Shown here piece after piece: positions 27,401 to 29,652 of a stretch of DNA of 29,652 bases. Every line of letters starts with the position of its first letter. The stretch's first letter is position 1. The notes below the pieces were generated by a model. It was given only the letters and a program-made list of their open reading frames with translations. It was not told the DNA's origin and did not search any database. This DNA is from a bacterium (GTDB lineage Bacteria; Hydrothermota; Tepidihabitantia; Tepidihabitantales; Tepidihabitantaceae), in assembly GCA_046485285.1 (NCBI GenBank), contig JAWOHE010000063.1:1-29652 (forward strand). The letters are read 5' to 3'. The position numbers and the translations under genes are program-made.

Positions 27401-28903
27401 CCAGACCGAGGGGTCGATGTCCTCCAGCCCGTAGAGCCCGCTCGGCACGACGATCTTCGAGACGCCGACGTCGTTCGGCGGCGGCGGGGCGCCGCGGAGC
27501 AGTGAGATTTCGTACAGGTAGTAGGACGGGTCGGTCCAGACGATGTAGACATCGTTCGGGCTCGAGCTGTTGCCGCCGTTGCTGATGCTCGGGTAGTAGT
27601 TGTAGTAGCTGCCCGAGGTCAGGTCCACCGCGGTGCCCCAGGCCCCGGCCGCGGACCGGTCGACGTAGCGGACCTGGTAGTAGGACGTCGACAGCGGGCT
27701 GTACCCGTACCAGGTGCAATGGCCCATCCCGTTGGGCGTGAAGATGAGGCTCGGGTTGCCGTACTGGTACTGGGTGATGATGCCCGAGATCGTGTCGCCG
27801 ACGAGCTGGAAGGTGTCGCTCGTGCCGGTGCCGAGGCGTTCCTTGTGGATGATCCGGTAGTAGTAGCTCGCACCGTAGCCGCGCCAGGCGATGTGGGCCC
27901 GGTTGGTCGTCGGGTTGGTCGCGATGCAGGGCGTGTACTGGTAGTAGGAGCCGGAGGCCTGGGAGACGTTCGTCCAGCTCGACTGCCAGGTGCCGCTGAA
28001 CCGGCCCTTGTACATTATGTAGTAGTACGAGCTGACCGAGGCCAGCCGGCCGTAGCAGACGACGTGGATGTTGTTGTCCCGCCCGCCGGCAATCGACGGG
28101 TTGAACATGTACCAGTAGGTGGTCGGGCCCGAGTCAACCGCCACCGCGGTCTGCCAGGTCGTGCCGATGCGCTCCGCGTAGCGGAGGACGTAGCCCATCG
28201 TCGAGTAGTAGTGATACCAGACCACGTGCAGGTTGTTGTTGGGCGTGGCCGCGATGACCGGGTAGTACTGGTAGTGGGTGACGCTGGGGAGCGTCGAGAT
28301 CCGGGCTGAGGTCGCGCCCCAGCCGCCGTTGCCCGCAGTCGTCGGGGTGCAGCCCTTGTAGCGAATCTCGTAGTTGTAGGGCGAGACGGTGTTCTGGTAG
28401 TACTGCCAGACGACGTGGATATTGCCCAACGAGTCGCAGGCGATGGTCGGGTTCGACCCGGTGCCCGACGAGGCGAGGTCCGCGCTGATACAGGTGTCGG
28501 TGGTCCAGCCGCCGACCGGGTACCAGCGCTTGTAGTAGATCTGGGGGTTGCGGGTGCCCGGGCTCTGTGAGCTCTGCCAGACCACGTGGATCCGGCCGCT
28601 CGGGTCGACCGCGACCTGCTTTCCGTAGTTCGCGACCGAGTTGTTGTAGTCGTACACCGAGTTGTAGGTCAGCCGGACCTTCGGGTCCCACTGGGCGTCG
28701 AGCTCGGACCAGGGCTCGCCCGAGTTGTGCTGGAGCCACTCGGCATACACCGGGTCGACCGGCGGGGCCTGCTTGTCGGCCGGCTGGAGTACCGGCTCGG
28801 TCTCGATGAGCAGGCCGGTCTCCGGGTCAACCTCCGGAGGGGTCGGTACGGCAAACGCCGCCGCGACCACCAGCAGCAGTAACAGTGTTACCGCTTTCTG
28901 CAT
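24467..28903 (-). CDS. Large secreted multi-domain protein (1478 aa): Tyr-rich propeller, CARDB/Ig-like repeats, jelly-roll-like domain, Kelch propeller, T9SS-type C-terminal domain
   Basis: AAGGAGG SD before ATG 28903; signal peptide; IAxDxxGNIHVVW-like repeats; four DV...I..P...P.V.V.NY..D.N..ND repeats; Kelch repeats; C-terminal PNP...VFDVTGR..LSAGIYLVRV...KLVIQH. Confidence 0.9.
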   Translation of the reverse strand: MQKAVTLLLLLVVAAAFAVPTPPEVDPETGLLIETEPVLQPADKQAPPVDPVYAEWLQHNSGEPWSELDAQWDPKVRLTYNSVYDYNNSVANYGKQVAVDPSGRIHVVWQSSQSPGTRNPQIYYKRWYPVGGWTTDTCISADLASSGTGSNPTIACDSLGNIHVVWQYYQNTVSPYNYEIRYKGCTPTTAGNGGWGATSARISTLPSVTHYQYYPVIAATPNNNLHVVWYHYYSTMGYVLRYAERIGTTWQTAVAVDSGPTTYWYMFNPSIAGGRDNNIHVVCYGRLASVSSYYYIMYKGRFSGTWQSSWTNVSQASGSYYQYTPCIATNPTTNRAHIAWRGYGASYYYRIIHKERLGTGTSDTFQLVGDTISGIITQYQYGNPSLIFTPNGMGHCTWYGYSPLSTSYYQVRYVDRSAAGAWGTAVDLTSGSYYNYYPSISNGGNSSSPNDVYIVWTDPSYYLYEISLLRGAPPPPNDVGVSKIVVPSGLYGLEDIDPSVWVKNYGTASQNNFGVKLDIGASYTSTVTVTTALGPGDSANVTGFLTWTPSATGSYAVKCSTRLTGDANNANDAKTTTAIVADWVQDFEDNNGNYRSYGGWSWGEPGSNRPAPPSGINCWGDVLTGYYGASARDSLISPMLLATQDTPSIMFMHWLYCESYWDGGGVYYSTNDGSSWTLMYPDTTGGRRPYYGTLSTGHIGWSGSFPWELAKFNVPVSDGDEFWIMWLFTSDASVQYDGGWLVDDAAGLGCRNIIDVATTGILEPTGTINFGTVVTPQAVVWNYSNSEETFPVVFNIDDFYSDTVDVVLPAGGCDTLAFATWTADLIGDHATTCMTLLSTDENPANDTVTGSFFVYLVDVGPTEIIAPAGNVPQGTVVSPRVRVRNYGSQAATFTVALRIGDSYRNLRLVTDLAADTEAEVGGFTNWTATSTGTFAARCTTYLSGDMRPENDDVYQTFNVCYLDAEAVAIRAPAGAVFIDEEVFPAFTVRNNSSMAVTFDVNFQIDDGSDALVYDETMTVTVDPGVELEDQFAVGWMATPAGGYTTRLAVALTGDANSSNDVLVGAFTVSPRYTEGWVEMARTLGPVKDGGWLTRNEADGLIYAGRGYKSLDFYSYDALTNTWVALPAIPAGAKPASKGANGIVAGDFVYFVKGYNTFEFYRYDLVGGSGWTQLPDVPLGTSGKKVKACDLAYVPGGDSLPNYVYMIKGNKSDFMRFNTETLAWEMLPDAPPGMKPKWDKGSFLAYDGENTIYAHKAKYMEMWPFDLATSTWGATALPGMPLVGKTGKSKKAKDGSNAAFYNSTIHALKGGNTCEFWKFEVAAGVWTEHDTMPQVGSTGKKKRVKFGGDVVSSGDGAFFAFKANKTMEFWRYFPPILPAAPQPARSGVMAGETPGQPFVKVGPNPITGGMATVRYALPSAGPASVHVFDVTGRTVLSRSLVASRSGAVSLDLRNLSAGIYLVRVEADGFTGTQKLVIQH

Positions 28904-29072
28904 CTTGGCCTCCTTGTTCAGTCTGCCTTGCACCGCGCTCGCGCGGTGTCGGATGGGCATCTCTTGCTCGGGAAGCGGCCCGCCATCCTCAGTGCCGCTT
29001 CCGTCGGCCCGGACTTGCCGGGCCCTTGAAAAGGGCTTCTGCTCGGATGTGAACCCGGGGAAGGTCGTAATC

Positions 29073-29100
29073 ATTATGCCCCCCCCTGTCCCCGTGTCAA
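29073..29100 (-). promoter_or_regulatory. Promoter of the large secreted protein gene, giving a ~160-nt structured leader
   Basis: TTGACA-N16-CATAAT. Confidence 0.7.
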
Positions 29101-29218
29101 GCTGATATAGCGCGAGCGGCAGGGTCCCGGCCCGCAGGCCCGCGGCGGTCAGCAGGGCGGTGCCGGCGGGGTGAGGCTCCGGCAGACGGCCCGGAGCGCT
29201 TCGAGCCGCGGTCCGAGT

Positions 29219-29652
29219 TCAGTACATTGGTAACACTTTATTATCAGGACATGGGTTACACTGTTTGATGAAAGAGAGGTATGACCATGTCCTGGATCGA
29301 GAACCGGTTCCAGCGTCTTCGCGCCGAGTTTGTGATGGTGGCGAGAGAGTCCGACGCGTGTATGAAGCGGGTCTGCAGCGAGTTCGGCATCAGCCGGAAG
29401 ACCGGCTACAAGTGGCGGCGTCGGTACGAGGAGCACGGCCTGAGCGGGCTGGTGAGTCGCACCCGCCGGCCGCGGGGGAATCCGCTGCAGCTGTCCGGAG
29501 CGGTGGTGGTTTCGTTGGTGGGCATCCACGATGAGCATCCGGGCTGGGGGCCGAAGAAGCTGCGGGCGCGGCTGGCGCGGTTGGGGCACCATCCGGAAGA
29601 GCTTCCCTGCATATCGACGGTGGCGCGGCTGGCGCGGCGGCTCGGTTGGACG
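29219..29652 (+). mobile_element. Left part of an IS481-family insertion sequence (exact left end not resolved)
   Basis: AT-richer segment with two subterminal direct repeats (29219-29237, 29244-29262) followed by a transposase ORF. Confidence 0.8.
29287..29652 (+). CDS. IS481-family transposase, N-terminal part (absent from ORF track)
   Basis: GAGAGG SD; MSW..RAEFV..VCSEFGISRKTGYKWRRRYEEHGLSGL.SRTRRP..HPGWGPKKLRARL..P.ISTV; open to the window edge. Confidence 0.88.
   Translation, partial: MSWIENRFQRLRAEFVMVARESDACMKRVCSEFGISRKTGYKWRRRYEEHGLSGLVSRTRRPRGNPLQLSGAVVVSLVGIHDEHPGWGPKKLRARLARLGHHPEELPCISTVARLARRLGWT

Noticed and set aside
24356-27505. 1049-aa plus-strand ORF
   Set aside because: Antisense shadow of the large secreted protein gene
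27490-28700. DGR target region suggested by many TAC/AAC codons
   Set aside because: No reverse transcriptase and no template/variable repeat pair visible in the window
28960-29040. c-di-GMP-I riboswitch
   Set aside because: Only vague resemblance; lacks the GGCAAAC, GNRA-capped P2 and GCAAAGC core in the required order

Overview
GC-rich bacterial chromosomal window, mostly housekeeping and envelope genes. The style of its secreted proteins (YVTN propeller; CARDB/Kelch protein with a T9SS-type C-terminal domain) suggests an FCB-adjacent lineage such as candidate division WOR-3 (inference). Gene order: partial YVTN/YncE-like protein (-), alaS, LCP protein, der, ftcD, PHP protein, DUF4159 protein, mscL with a Cys4 tail, DUF3078-like protein, small membrane ORF, amber-interrupted Zn-ribbon membrane protein, bS22-like/HU-IHF/FmdB cluster, PKD-PQQ propeller-Yip1-TolC-MacAB-type export cluster, ribF-truB-rbfA, SpoIID/LytB protein, pyruvoyl arginine decarboxylase, tRNA-Ala(CGC), cyclophilin-like protein, a 1478-aa secreted multi-domain protein and the left end of an IS481-family element. 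I found no CRISPR array, DGR, prophage or defence system. The most notable signals concern gene expression: 12 sigma70-type promoters all with a 16-bp spacer, six sitting 5-9 nt before a start codon with no SD (leaderless mRNAs), short 'bridge' ORFs whose stops overlap downstream starts, a likely ATT start, a CDS whose stop lies inside a tRNA, and motifs shared by the long leaders of two secreted-protein genes. All calls come from manual reading; no database search was run.
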